DNA from: the human T2T-CHM13v2.0 reference genome, Homo sapiens
DNA length: 64,000 bases
Assembly (NCBI RefSeq): GCF_009914755.1
Contig: NC_060925.1
Direction: 5' to 3' (one strand)
Below are positions 44,700-59,144 of the stretch, one piece after another; within the stretch, counting starts at the first letter, position 1; the number at the start of each line of letters is the position of its first letter. Under the pieces are notes generated by a model. It saw only the letters and a list, made by a program, of their open reading frames with translations, did not search any database and was not told the origin of the DNA. Made by a program: the position numbers and the translations under genes.

Positions 44700-45300
44700 A
44701 GTCAAATTTTTTATAGAAAATTATTTAATGATATACAAAAGAGAATGAAAATACGTGTTTAATATGTGTTTAAAACAGTTTACAATGTAGTTAAAAAGAA
44801 AGCACTTATTTTATCTCAACCTCATTAATCAATAGATCACTGTTCTTTAGAATCCTTCTTCATGTTCTCTTCTCCATCGTGTGCATCTCTCTCTACTCTA
44901 GTGCCAATCACTAATTTACTTTGATTTTTGTGATCAGCACGTTATACCTCTTAAATATAACTATTATATCATATCTGTATATATTCCAACCTAATATTAA
45001 GTTTATGCTTCCTTTCTGAATTTGTAGAAATGAAATCCTGCAAAATGTTGATGCATTTTTATGTAATTCATTATTTCATTATACAACTTTATTGCTAATG
45101 GATATGTTGGTTTGTGTTTTACAAAAATGAATAAACTGCCAAAAATATTATGGTATGTGCCTCCTTGTGCTGATTTTCTAATAGGTTATATTCAGGTTCA
45201 TTTTTAGGAGAAAAATGCAAACTGTTTTCCAAAGGATTTTTAGAATTGTACTCTCTGTTAATTGGCATATCAACCAAACTGCCATTACAAAAAGTCAAAA
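44700..45300 (-). mobile_element. Ancient L1ME-type 3' fragment
   Basis: tgtagaaatgaaatcctgcaaaatgt, tgcaaactgttttccaaagga. Confidence 0.45.
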
Positions 45301-45339
45301 AGTATAGTGGTTTGGATTTTTTTTCCACAAAACATTACA

Positions 45340-46270
45340 GAGTTGGACAGTGCTGAGCGAAAAGAATAGTTCTACTTCTGACTTTATTCGAGGCCAGGTT
45401 TCTTTACCTTTTCTCTCTCCAAACTCCAAGGGTTTTTGTCTTCATTTACATTGTGTTAGGGCTCAATTTTATATCCATATTTCTATGGAGGGAAAAAGTA
45501 AAACAATAGTATAGGACAAGTGTATTGTTTCCAATAAAATGATCCTGAAGTTACACTCATCTTTCCGTTCAGATCTTGTTAACACCCATTTACTCACATG
45601 TCCATATGAATCTTAAAGGAAGGCTAGGAAAACCAGTCACTAAATTGGCAATAGTCTCTCTCTGGCCACTCAAGTATTCATGTGCCTGCTCCTTTTGTTC
45701 ATGAAACACACTCCATCCTCATCAAGGAAGACCTTTCAAAAGTCCCATACAATGCATGCATCCAGCTTAATGTCTAGCTCAATGTTTGGGAACTCTGGGG
45801 TCTGCACAATATTTTCCAATAGCTGTGGACATGGTTCATTATTAAAACAACTTATGAATATTAATAAATAGACATCAATGCAAGCCCCACATACACTCCT
45901 AATCAATACAGAGTAGTGAAAGGGAAGAGAGTAATCAAAAAACTTTCATTTAGAAAATGAAAATAAAAAACGGGAAAACTCAGTGGTGATTTGTACGTTA
46001 CAATAATAAAATCTTACTGAGCCAGATTTCCAAGTGTGAGTATTCTGAAAGTGAAATAAAATACTTGTTTTAAGACTGTTTATATTATTTATAAGAAATT
46101 GACTTTAAAATATTCTCTGTGCTGTGCCATCCACATTTTCCTTATTGAAAATTATTCTCTTCCTATTAAACTATGTGGTCATATTCCAAGTGAGCACTAC
46201 AGAATATTGTATCACAGAGCTTGTGTGCATGGCTTATGTAGCCCATGCTTTGCTGGAAGGTTGCTCTAGG
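45340..46270 (-). mobile_element. Ancient MLT1-type LTR plus adjacent internal remnant
   Basis: tcacatgtcc...aaaggaaggctaggaaaa motif followed by MLT-int-like sequence. Confidence 0.35.
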
Positions 46271-46399
46271 ATGGAACCAATAATAGGCCTTTGACAACTA
46301 GTCTTTTGATTTCTATTGCAGATATGCACCTATCTATAAACAAAAATATAAATATATGAAACATTAATTTAGATAGATAAATAGATAAATATAGAAATT

Positions 46400-47670
46400 T
46401 AAAGGTTAGGAAAAAATATTGAAAGCTAACACAGTAGGAAAAAAAAACACAAAATTTGAAAACAAAGTTGAGAATACTTTCCAGAAAGTGTGTAAAATAA
46501 ACCAAATAAAATTAATAGATCAAAATAAAAATGTGCAAATAATATAAGTACTAGGAAGGCTCAAGAAAGAAATAAAATGAGAGAATTTTAGAAGATAAAA
46601 ACACTGAAATTCTACTTAACGAAAGGGTGTATATTTCCAAATTAAAATGATATGCTTTTAGACACTTTCTGATAGAAAGATCTGAAAAAAGAAAAAGAAA
46701 AAAGAAAAAAAAGAATATCTGTAAAGAAATGTAAAGCTCATACAAAATTGATTGATAACAAGAATGACTCCTGTTTTCTTTGAAACAACACTGGAAACTT
46801 TCAATATGCAAAATGAGAATCAGATATAATTTCAGACTATAACGCATTTATATAGGCAATACTCCCATAGTTCTTTTCACAGAATGCTAATAAAAGATGC
46901 TTTGCAGAAGAAATAAACAAAGTAAAAAAATAAACAGGAGGCATAAACTTTTTAAAAATGCTATATTTGAGAAGTGTTATGGTGAAGATAGTACAGGAAT
47001 TAGTCTATATTTGAGGAGAAGAATGGAAGTCTCCCAAAAAAGTCCCTCCTGCAAATAAAAGAGAGATCTCTGATGTGTATGAATGTATTAATAAGAGATT
47101 TAAAATTCTAAACGATAGTTATGAATGAATACATAATGCATATATAGAAAATTAAACAGAATACATTCTGTTTAATTGAGTCAATCACTAAGTCAGTGAC
47201 AAACAAAAATGATACAAAGTAACACATATGTTTATTAAGCATTATGTGGTTTAGCAGTGAGTAATATTACACAGACTTTATTGTATAAATATAATTATCT
47301 TAAAACTCAACAATGAAACGAATTTAGGTAGGTTATGAAAAAAGACATGAGTACTTGTGTTGTGGGTGGGAATGTAGGGAGACTGGGAAAGTATAAAGCA
47401 GATAAACTATTGATTCCTCCAAAAAAACCAAGAGGTACATCAAATTGAAACTTAAGAAATTGAGATATAAGTACGCTACCTAGAGATGTGGAGATAGATA
47501 CCAAAAGAAACAATTAAAAAAAAAGTGAGCATTTCTGGAGACAGGAATTGGGAATGGTAAGCAATGGTAAGGAGTACAACAACATCCCATGACATTTTCT
47601 TTAAATGCATTTTAGGAGTCTGGCTTTTTAAGGTACATACATTTATTACTCTGGTAAAAATGAAAATTAA
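46400..47670 (+). mobile_element. HAL1/L1ME-like remnant
   Basis: A-rich ORF1-like sequence; terminal catacatttattactctggtaaaaatgaaaattaa. Confidence 0.4.
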
Positions 47671-47779
47671 GCGGATTATATGGACTTCAGAATGTAGCAC
47701 TTATTTATAACTCAGTAATAATTAACTTCATAGCATCACACCCACTTATCTATCATTAGTTTTACCATTGAGAGGTTTG

Positions 47780-48010
47780 ATTTGTCTGTAGAATGGGATA
47801 ATACTATACACTACTTAGGAGTGCTATGCAAATGAAATTATATATGTCTGTAAAATTTCTAAAGTAAAATCTAAAGGGCATATGATAAGAGTTAAACTAA
47901 TGTTAATTCTGCCATTTTAATTGATGAGGGAACTAACTTCTGGAAAGTTTAAGTGATATGTTCAAATACACAGGGATGTAGAAGGAATAAAAATCTTTCA
48001 CATCAAAGCT
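47780..48010. mobile_element. Two MIR fragments in opposite orientation
   Basis: MIR core tctgtagaatgggataata (+) and ccattttaattgatgagggaactaa...aagtgatatgttcaa (-). Confidence 0.55.
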
Positions 48011-49274
48011 CCCACTGAAAGCATTACCTTCATTGTGCTACTTTTTACCTGGCTTATTTACATTAAGACACACATCCTAATGTACCTATCTGTGTCCAGT
48101 AAGATAATCAAGAATGAAACCAAAATATTCCAAAGTCATTTCTTCATCTAAGTCTGTCACATTGTTATCATTTAAAAAGTGGGAAAGTACATATTCAGAA
48201 GAGGATGTCTAATAAATTTTAAATTATTTATGTTTTTTTCTCTTTTCTATTTTCTTTCATTGTATTTCACATAGTTTCAGTTTCTACCTTTAAAAAATCC
48301 TCAAAGTTTAATATCTCTTACTGTGTGGTAGCTATAAAAATGGTAGGGAATAAAAATTGAGTATTTATGAATAATTTTCAGATGACTTTGATAAATGATG
48401 AAATTCATCATTAACTCAAACATGGTTTTTGCTTTTGAGTAAACAATATATTGTTACAAGTACTGTTCAGAATTCAACATGCCTACAAAGTATATAGCAA
48501 TAAAAAATACATTAACATCATGAATGTCTGTACAAGAAAAAACTAGCAAAAAATGGACAATAAAGTAAAAATAAAATTATATTAGATGTTACTTTAATTT
48601 CAGTGCTTCTGTTACTGGCATGGGATTTGGAAGATTGTGGAGAGAACATTAATGCCAAGTGAGTCTTCATTGGGATTGATCAATTCACGTTGCCATAAAA
48701 CATATCACAGAAATGAATATAGATTGTGGTTTAATACTTAATAAACACTTATTTCTTAAGCAGGAGCTTTCTTCAGGAAAGTGTCTTCTCAATTGCAAAT
48801 AAAAAATATCACATCATGGGGGAAATTTCTGGATTTTATGTGATTAATCATGTTGTTGGTGAAAAAACATTGATATATCAACTGGTGCTTAAGAAGAATT
48901 TATGTATATATATTTCATAAATTTCAGTGTTAGAAAAAATGCAAAAACTGCATATGACTTGTATGATACTATATTTTAAAAGCTTGATATAGTCTAGGCA
49001 TACATTCCTTCATTGATCCTTTTAGATGTCATTCATATTGATTCATTAAACATGTATTTATCATGAATGCACAACAACTACATTGTGTTTCTTTTTTTGC
49101 ACTGAGAATAGAATGTGGAGCAAAAATAAACTGAAATGTCTTTCCTCATTTTATTAAATTAACAAAAAAATTAATTACTAAAATAGAATGTAAAACAGTG
49201 ATACATACCATGGAGGAAAATGAATTAGATAAAGGAATAGAGATGTCAGCTACAATTTTAGATTGGATTGTCAG

Positions 49275-50094
<820 letters not shown>

Positions 50095-50864
50095 GCCAAG
50101 AAAAGCCTCACATAAAAGGTGATCTCTCAGTATAGACCCAAAAGAGACAAAGATTGTCTCTTGAAGAGATTCCATATGAAAATCAGTGGAAGAGATTCCA
50201 GGCAGAGGAAAATGCAAGTTTAGTTTCTGAGGCTAAAGGGTAACTCCTATGTGGCTGGAGCAGAGTGATTAGAGAAAGAGGTTAGAGGCCAATAAATTCC
50301 ATGCATTCAGTGTGTGTGTTGGGGGTGGTTTCAGGGGAAACAAACTATTCAGGCCTTTCCACCTTAATGCTTAGATTTTGGCTTTATCATGAACAAGAGG
50401 GAAAGCCACTGGATTTTGAAAAAAGGGTGATATGATTAAACTATGTTTTAATTGCTTTACTCTATATATTACAGTGAGAATTCTCTGGAAAAAGACACAA
50501 TTAAAAGCAGGGTAAATATTTAGAAAACTAAAGTATTTTAAGGAAGATCGTATGGTGTTTTTTTCCAGAGTAGTAGCAATGACTGTTGTGGAATAGAATT
50601 AATTGAAAGAAATGTGGTTGTAGTTAGAAGAGAAGAGTGGATAAGTAATTTTATTAAATGTGTTTGTAGGAGGATGTGAAAGATCCAGTCAAGAGAAAAA
50701 CACTGGCTAATTCAGAGTAAGGCAAGATAATTTTTATACAGTTTTCTATGATTAGATGGTGAGGTGGAAGTGGAGTGAGGAGGTGATTGGAGCTAGTGTA
50801 GTACTGGGGAAGTTGGCTTCTGTTGCAAAAAAGTATTACCCATCTATAGTAACAAGAGTACCTA

Positions 50865-51298
<434 letters not shown>

Positions 51299-51771
51299 GG
51301 TGTTGGGAATTTGAGGAGATAAAAGACTATGAAAATATTGTCTAAGAAATGACAGAATGAATGGCCTAGGACAATATAGTAAGATCGACAGGTATCATTT
51401 GGAGTGCATTCTCAGTTAGTGATAATGACTTCGAAGTGAAGCAGTCAGTGTTAGTATGTTGTTTTATTCCCCAGATAACTGAAGTCGAAAGATTGTTGAC
51501 ATGATGAAGATAGAAAGTTGAATTTAACAAACCAATAAATGATTTAGTCTCATCTCATCTCATCTCACGTAATCTCTTGCAACTTCCTTGATATCTCGCT
51601 GTTCTTCAAATACTATTATGACCTTAGGCTTTAGCATTTGCTAATTTCTTTTTTTATTTTTTGTATCACTTGCCTATTTGGTCAATCATCAAGTCTTTAG
51701 CAACCACTTCTTAGTACACTGAAAAAAATAACTGTTTATCTCAACACATAGGGCCTATTTTCTTGTATTCT

Positions 51772-54068
51772 TGATATGGTTTGACTGCGTCCCAACCCAA
51801 ATCTCATCTTTAATTGTAACTCCCACAATTCCCATGAGTCATGGGAGGAACCATGTGGGAGGTGACTGAATTATGGGAGCAGGTCTTTCCTGTGCTGTTT
51901 TTGTGATAGTGAGTGAGTCTCACAAAACCTGATGTTTTTAAAAATGGGAGTTTCAGTGCATATTCTCTCCTTTTGCCTGCTGCCATCCATGTAGCACGTG
52001 ATTTCCTACTTTTTGCCTTCTGCCATGATTGTGAGGCCTCCTCAGCTATGTATTATTGTAAGTTTGTTAAACATGTTTTTCTTCCCAGTCTTTGGTGTGT
52101 CTTTATCAGCAGCATGAAAACAGACTAATACAGTAAACAGGTAGCAGTAGAGTGGGATGCTGCTGAAAAGATACCTGAAAATGTGGAAGTGACTCTGGAA
52201 CTGGGTAACAGGCAGAGGTTGGAACAGTTCGGATGACTCAGAAGAAGAAAGAAAAATGTGGGAAAGTGTGGAACTTCCTACAGACTTGTTGAATGGGCTT
52301 GCCCAAATTGCTGATAGTGATATGGACAATAAAGTCCATGCTGAGGTGGTCTCAGATGGAAATGAGGAACTCATTGGGAACTAGAACAAAGGTGAGTCTT
52401 GTTATATTTGAGCAAAGAGTCTGGTGGCATTTTGCCCCTGCCCTAGAGATTTGTTTAAACTTGACAGAGATAATTTAGGGTATCAGGCAGAAGAAATTTC
52501 TAAGTGACAAAGTGTTCAAGGAGTGACTTAGGTGCTGTTAAAGGCATTCAGTTTTAAAAGGGAAGCAGAGCATAAAAGTTTGGAAAATCTGTAGCCTGAC
52601 AATGTGATAGAAAAGAAAATCCCATTTTCTGAGGAGAAATTTAAGCCAGCTGCAGAAATTTGCATAAGCAATGAAGAGCTGAATGTTAACCATCAGGACA
52701 ATGGGAAAAATGTCCAGGGCATCTCAGAGATCTTTGTGGCAGCTCTCTTATCATTCCATCACAGGTCAGGAGACCTAGAAAAAAATGGTTTCACGGTCCA
52801 GGGCCAGAGTCCCTGTGCTATGTGCAGCCTATGAATTTGGTGCCATGAGTCCCAGCAACTCCAGCTGTGACTGAAAGGGGGCAATGTAGAGTTTGGGCCG
52901 TGGCTTCATAAGGTGCAAGCCCCAAGCCTTGGCAGCTTTCACGTGGTGTTGAGCCTGCGAGTGCACAGAAGTCAAGAACTGGGGTTAGCAAATCTCTGCC
53001 TAGATTTCAGAGAATTTAGGGAAACCCCTAGATGCCAAGGCAGAAGTTTGCTGAAGGGGCAGGGCCCTCATGGCAAGCCTCTCCTAGGGCAGTGCAGAAG
53101 GGAAAGGCGGGGTCAAAGTACCCACAAAGAGTCCTTACTGTAGCACCACCTAGTAAAGCTGTGAGAAGAGGGTCACCAACCTGAAGACCCCGGAATGGTA
53201 GATTCATTGACAGCTTTCACCGTATGCCTGGAAAACCTGCAGACACTCAACACCAGCCTGGGAAAGCAGCCAGGAGGAGTGCTATGTCCCACCAAGCCAC
53301 AGGGGCAGAGTTGTTCAAGGCCATGGGAGCACATCTTTTGCATCAGCATTACCTGGATATGAGAAATGCAGTCAAAAGAGATTATTTTGGAGCTTTAAGA
53401 TTTGAGTGCCCCGCTGGATTTTGGATTTGCATGGGGCCTTTAGCCCCTTTGTTTCAGCCAATTTCTCCCATTAGGAACAATGGTATTTCCCCAATGCCTG
53501 TGCCCCCCATTGTGTGTAGGAAGTAACTAACTTGCTTTTGATTTTACAGGCTCATAAGTGGAAGGGAATTGCCTTGTCTCAGATGAGACTTTGGACTATG
53601 GACTATTGAGTTAATGCTGAAATGCATTAAGACTTTAGGAGAATGTTGGGAAGACATCACTGATTTTGAAATGTGAGGACATAAGATTTGGGAGAGGCCA
53701 GGAGCAGAACGATATTATTTGGCTGTGTCCCCACCCAAATCTCATCTTAAATTATAATCCCACAATTTCTACATGTCGTGGGAGGGACCTGCTAGGAGGT
53801 GATTTTATTACGGGGGTGTGTCTTTTCTGTGCTGCTCCCATGATAGTGAATGAGTCTTATGAGATCTGGTGGTTTTAAAAATGGGAATTTCCCTTCACAA
53901 GCTCTCTTTTTGCCTGCTGCCATCCATGTAAGGTGTGACTTGCTCCTCCTTGCTTTCTGCCATGATTGTGAGGCCTCCACAGCCATGTAGAACTGTAAGT
54001 CTATTAAACATCTGTTTTCCCTAGTCTCTGGTATGTTTTTATCTGCAACATAAAAAAAGAGTAATACA
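51772..54068 (+). mobile_element. Complete THE1B-type MaLR provirus (5' LTR 51772-52132, internal 52133-53709, 3' LTR 53710-54068)
   Basis: tgatatggtttg...ctaataca LTRs, about 1.6-kb THE1-int, perfect 5-bp TSD ATTCT (51767-51771 and 54069-54073). Confidence 0.96.
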
Positions 54069-54249
54069 ATTCTATATGTATATGACATTTCCCACTACCT
54101 GTCATTATTTTATAATATCATTTATTTATATTTTATATCTGCCTAACGTCTTTCCTTTTAGAATAGATGTAAATGAAATCCATATTACACAGAGTTTATA
54201 ATTATTTCTAAGACCTTTGTCTTTTATTGTGAATGATAAAGAGACCCAT

Positions 54250-55700
54250 TAGATGATTTTATACATAGGTGTGATGTTTTCTGACTGATATGTTTCCAGA
54301 CTGATATGTTTCCAGGTGATACTGAATACTGAGTGGAGGCACTCCTCCATGGGAGAGAAATCATGGAGGGTGGTTTGGAAGCTATTGAAATATTTCTGAT
54401 AATAGATAAAGTTGTCTTGGATTAAATATATATTAGCATTGATGGTAAGACTTGGAAGTATAGCAACTAAACATAATAATGAGATATATGAAGAAAATGC
54501 GATGCAGGAAGAGTCACAGGATTGCATGCTGCTGAGAAATAGAGAAAAATGAGAAATAATTGATCAGTTTATTTAAGAAGAAGTCAGTCATTAGAAACTT
54601 AAACAGGACATCATTATGAGTCTTGTTTGAAGAGATTAAAAGAGAATTGGGTATTAAGAAATGCAGTAGTATTGACAATAATTTCTTATAAGTTGGTTAT
54701 AAAAGAAAGAGGAATAGAATGGTATCTGAAATGGGTGATATTTTTAAAGGTTTCATTTTATTTCCTGATGTAACAGCAACATATTAGAAAATGTTTCTAT
54801 GCTGATATCAAAAAGCAGCAGAGAAGTAAAATTGCATAATATATGAGATGTGATAGCTTCTAGAACAAAGCCTGTGATAGGAGATATTGACGTTAAGTAA
54901 ACAAATGCAAAATTTGACCTTAAAAAGGAGACAAGACAGTTTATATATTTAATAGGACCAAAGGGATTATTACATATAAATAATTATACTAATAGATTTG
55001 TACTTCAAAGATTGTAAGATTAGGTAGTTATTTTACAACTGTTTTTATCGTTGTCAATAAATAATTCAGTGATGATATTATGAAACTGTTTATGTAGGAA
55101 GGGCAAATGGAGATTTGAGTGTAGTGAACAATCTGTAAAATAATCATGTCAGAGGTTGAAAGATTAAGTTTATTAAGAAAACAGAAGAGAGATTTCAGCT
55201 TTAGGGCTTCTTGAGTTTTGTTGTCATAAATGAAAATAAAACCGATTACTATGGTTTGCTTTCATTTCAAAAGAATTTATTCGAGAGAGTTTCATTTTTT
55301 TTTAAGTAAGTTTAGCTAGATTTGGAGGTTGTTTCCTAAGTAAATAAAGTAAATACACAGGAAATTGAGGATAAAGATAAGGAGGTGAAAATAACAATGA
55401 ACATCTGAGAATAAAGTAGGTAGTGAGGTCATAGTAAGGGTGTTAAACAGTCAAAAAACGGTGAGATACATTTATTAGAGGATTCTATTAAGGTAAAAAA
55501 AATCTTGAGAAAGCAGTCAGGTATACCTTTTGGAAAAAATAAAGTTGAGAGAGGGTAATCATTAAGAGTTGATGTTTAAAATTGAATTCAAAGTTGTAGA
55601 TGTACTACAGTTATTTTTAATTAGAAACTACAGGATCAAATCATGTGAGTGAATTGTTGAGGAGCTGTGAGTAAATTGATGAACATGAACAGTTTGAGGA
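54250..55700 (-). mobile_element. Degenerate L2 internal remnants
   Basis: Purine-rich + strand with weak L2-like motifs. Confidence 0.3.
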
Positions 55701-56902
55701 ATGAAAAGCTCAGAATTGTATAGTCTATGTGAAGCTGAAACTGCCAATATGGTAAATAATCCCAGAATCTGTGCATTTATCATGAATACCTGGAAAATCA
55801 CCTATTAAATATTTTCTAGACTAAATCACTCTTCTGTGTTTTATAATAACCAGTGTTTCTCATTAAAATCTTCTCTATTCTTTATCAGAGTCCATATCTG
55901 AGCTTAAGCAGGAAGAATGACAGTGTCCCTGATGTTTCAGACATGTTCCTGATTTTTCTGAGCCACTTGATTGACTATATACTTGAAATAATTCATAAAG
56001 CTTGATTCTGGTTAAGATCTCAGATTCATGTGCGTCTAATTTCACCAGCTGATTCATTACCTAAGCTCATAGAGAAATAATTATATTCACATTCTCAGGA
56101 TTATTTTGGTTTAAAGTTTTAATGAATTTCATAGTGAATGTAAAAATTACCAATATATGAATATCAATAATTATGAGAGAATATCTTGATAGTCTGAAAG
56201 AAATATTTATATAGATACATATGATTTCTACAGTATTTTTTAGACCTGTAGAAAACAAACAGTAACAGAACACTTAAATTGTAACTTATTTTACAATCAG
56301 TTTTATTTTATAATTAATTTTTAAATTCTCTCACAACTATTCTCATTGGTATATTTTAAGTCTTATTTTTATAAAACTAATAGAATTGCAAAAATTTTGC
56401 CATAAAACTTAGATAATTTTAATTATAATGCAAAAAACATCTTCATTGAGTAAATCATGCTGTGTATACTTACGAAGTCTCTTTTTATGATAACTATGTA
56501 ATCAAAAGATCATTAAAATAAGTTATCTTCAATAAATTAGAGTTACCAGTCACAAGAAACTCTTCAATTTACTAATAAGAGGTGTTCACTTTTTACTTAG
56601 TAATCACAAGTCACAAAATTCTCAAACCATGGAATATTACATTTTTTACTGTTAATATAGAAAATAATATATTTGCACAAATCCTAAAGTATTGGTCATG
56701 AATTATTTTCAAAATGTAATAAAATACAGCAATAATAACTGATGTAATGATCTACATATGAAGTAAACATTTGTTTTTACCTCATAACAAGTCTCCTTGT
56801 TTTATTCATTATTTCTAGTCTAGTCAGTGAGAATGTGAGCAATTGTATCCACAAATATATTCCTTATTTTTTCCATGCATTTTGTGCAATTTGAATGCTT
56901 TA

Positions 56903-59144
56903 TTATATGGTTGGCTGCATCGCCACCCAAATCTCATCTTGAATTGTGACTCCCACAATTCCCACATGTTATGGGAGGAAACTAGTAGAACGTAATGAAT
57001 CATGGGGGCAGGTCTTTCCCATGCTGTTCTTATGACAGTGAATAAGTCTCATGAGATCTGATGGTTTTAAAAATAGGAGTTTATCTGCACAAGCTCTCTC
57101 TCTGCCCACTGCCATCCATGTAAGACGTGACTTGTTCCTCCTTGCTTTCCACAGTGATTGTGAGACCTCCCCAGCCATGTGGGATTGTAAGTGATTAAAC
57201 TTCTTTCTTTTGTAAATTGCCCAGTCTCAAGTAAGTCTTTATCAGCTGCATGAAGACAGAATAACACAGTAAATTGATACCAGTAGAGTGGGGTGTTGCT
57301 GAAAAAATACCCAAAAATGTAGAAGTGACATTGGAATTGGGTAATAGGCAGAGGTTGGAAGAGTTTGGAGGGCTTAGAAGAAGACAGAAAAATTTGGGAA
57401 AGTTTGGAACTTTCTAGAGATTGTTGAATGGCTTTGACCAAAATGTTGATAATGATATGGACAATGAAATCTAGGCAGGTGGTCTCTGATGGAGATTAGG
57501 AACTTGGGAACTGGAACAAAAGTGACTCTTCCTATGTTTTAGCAAGGAGACTGAACAGCATTTTTCCTCTGCCCTAGAGATTTGTGGAACTTTGTAATTG
57601 AGAGAGATGATTTAGGGTATCTGGCAGAAAAAAAAAATTACTAAGTAGCAAAATATTCAAAAGGTGACCTGAATGTGGTTAAAGACATTCAGTTTTAAAA
57701 GAGAAACAGAGCATAAAAGTTTTGAAAATTTGCAGCCTGACAACGTGATAGTAAAGAAAATCAATCCCATTTTCTGAGGGGAAATTCAAGCTGACTGTAG
57801 AAATTTGCATAAGTAAGGAGGACCTGAAAGTGCATCACCAAGACAATGGGGAAATTTCTCCAGAGCATGTCAGAGACCTTTGTGGCAGCCACTCCCATCA
57901 CAGGCCCAGAGGTTTAGAAAGAAAAATGGTTTTATCGACAAAGACTAGGGCTGCCCTGCTCTGTGTAGCCTAGGAACTTGGTGCCCTGCATCCCAGCCAC
58001 TCCTGCCGTGACTAAATGGGGCCAAGGTACAGCTCAGTCTGTTGCTTCAGAGGGTAAAAGCCCCAAGCCTTGGCAGCTTCCACATGGTGTTGAGCCTGCA
58101 GGTGCACAGAAGTCAAGAATTGACGTTTGGGAACCTCTGCCTAGATTTCAGAAGATGTATGGAAACACCTGGATACCTAGGCAGAAGTTTGCTGTAGGGG
58201 TGGGGCCCTCATGGAGAACTTCTGCTAGGGCAGTGAAGAAGAGAAATGTGGGGTCAGGGCCCCCACATAGAGTCCCTACTGGGACACCACTTAGTGAAGC
58301 TGTGAGAAGAGGGCTACCATCCTCCAGACCCCAGAATGGTAGATTAACTGACGACTTGCATCATGTGCCTGGAAAAGCCACAGACACTCAACACTAGCAC
58401 ATGAGAGCAGCCAAGAGGAGGGCTATACCCTGCAAAGCCACAGGGGTGGAGCTGCTCAAGGCCATGGGAGCCCACCTCTTGTATCAGTGGGACCTGGATG
58501 TGAGAAATGGAGTCAAAGGAGATAATTTTGGAGCTTTAAGATTTGACTGCTCTTCTGGATTTGGACTTGCATGGGGCCTACAGCCCCTTTGTTTTGGCCA
58601 ATTTCTCACATTTGGAATGGCTGTATTAAACCAATGCCTGTACCTCCATTGTATCTAGGATGTAACTACCTTGCTTTTGATTTTACAGGCTCATAAGTGA
58701 AAGGCACTTGCCTTGTATTAGATGAGGCTTTGAACAGTGGACTTTTGAGTTAATGATGACATGAGTTAATTTGTTACGGAACTGTTAGAAAGGCAAGATT
58801 GATTTTGAAATGTTAGTACATGAGATTTGGGAGGGGTGGGGGAAGCGCAAAATGGTATTATTTGGCTATGTCCCCACCCAAGTCTCATCTTGAATTGTAA
58901 CTCCCACAATTCCCAAGTGTTGTGGGAGGAACCTAGTGGGAGGTAATTGAATCATGGGGGCAGGTTATTTTCCTGGTCTTTTCATGTAAGAAGTGACTTG
59001 GTTCTCCTTGTCTTCCACCATGATTGTGAAGCCTCACCAGCTATGTGGAACTGTAAGTCCACAAGAAATGCTCTAAATCTTTCTTTTGTAAATTGCCCAG
59101 TCTTGGGTATGTCTTTATCAGCAGAGTGAAAGCAGACTAATACA
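56903..59144 (+). mobile_element. Second complete THE1B-type provirus (5' LTR 56903-57268, internal 57269-58852, 3' LTR 58853-59144 with an internal deletion)
   Basis: LTR termini; internal start gtaaattgataccagtagagtgggg; THE1-int ORF remnant PWQLPHGVEPAGAQKSRI; TSD degenerate (cttta/attca). Confidence 0.95.
58944..58954 (+). promoter_or_regulatory. DUX4-type motif TAATTGAATCA in a THE1 LTR
   Basis: Matches TAAYBBAATCA; the equivalent sites in the other three LTRs of the two proviruses are altered. Confidence 0.5.

Noticed and set aside
52604-58658. ORFs of 76-139 aa in two clusters
   Set aside because: Broken remnants of the known THE1 internal ORF
51772-59144. The THE1 pair as a segmental tandem duplication
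   Set aside because: Flanks are not homologous and the LTR subtypes differ
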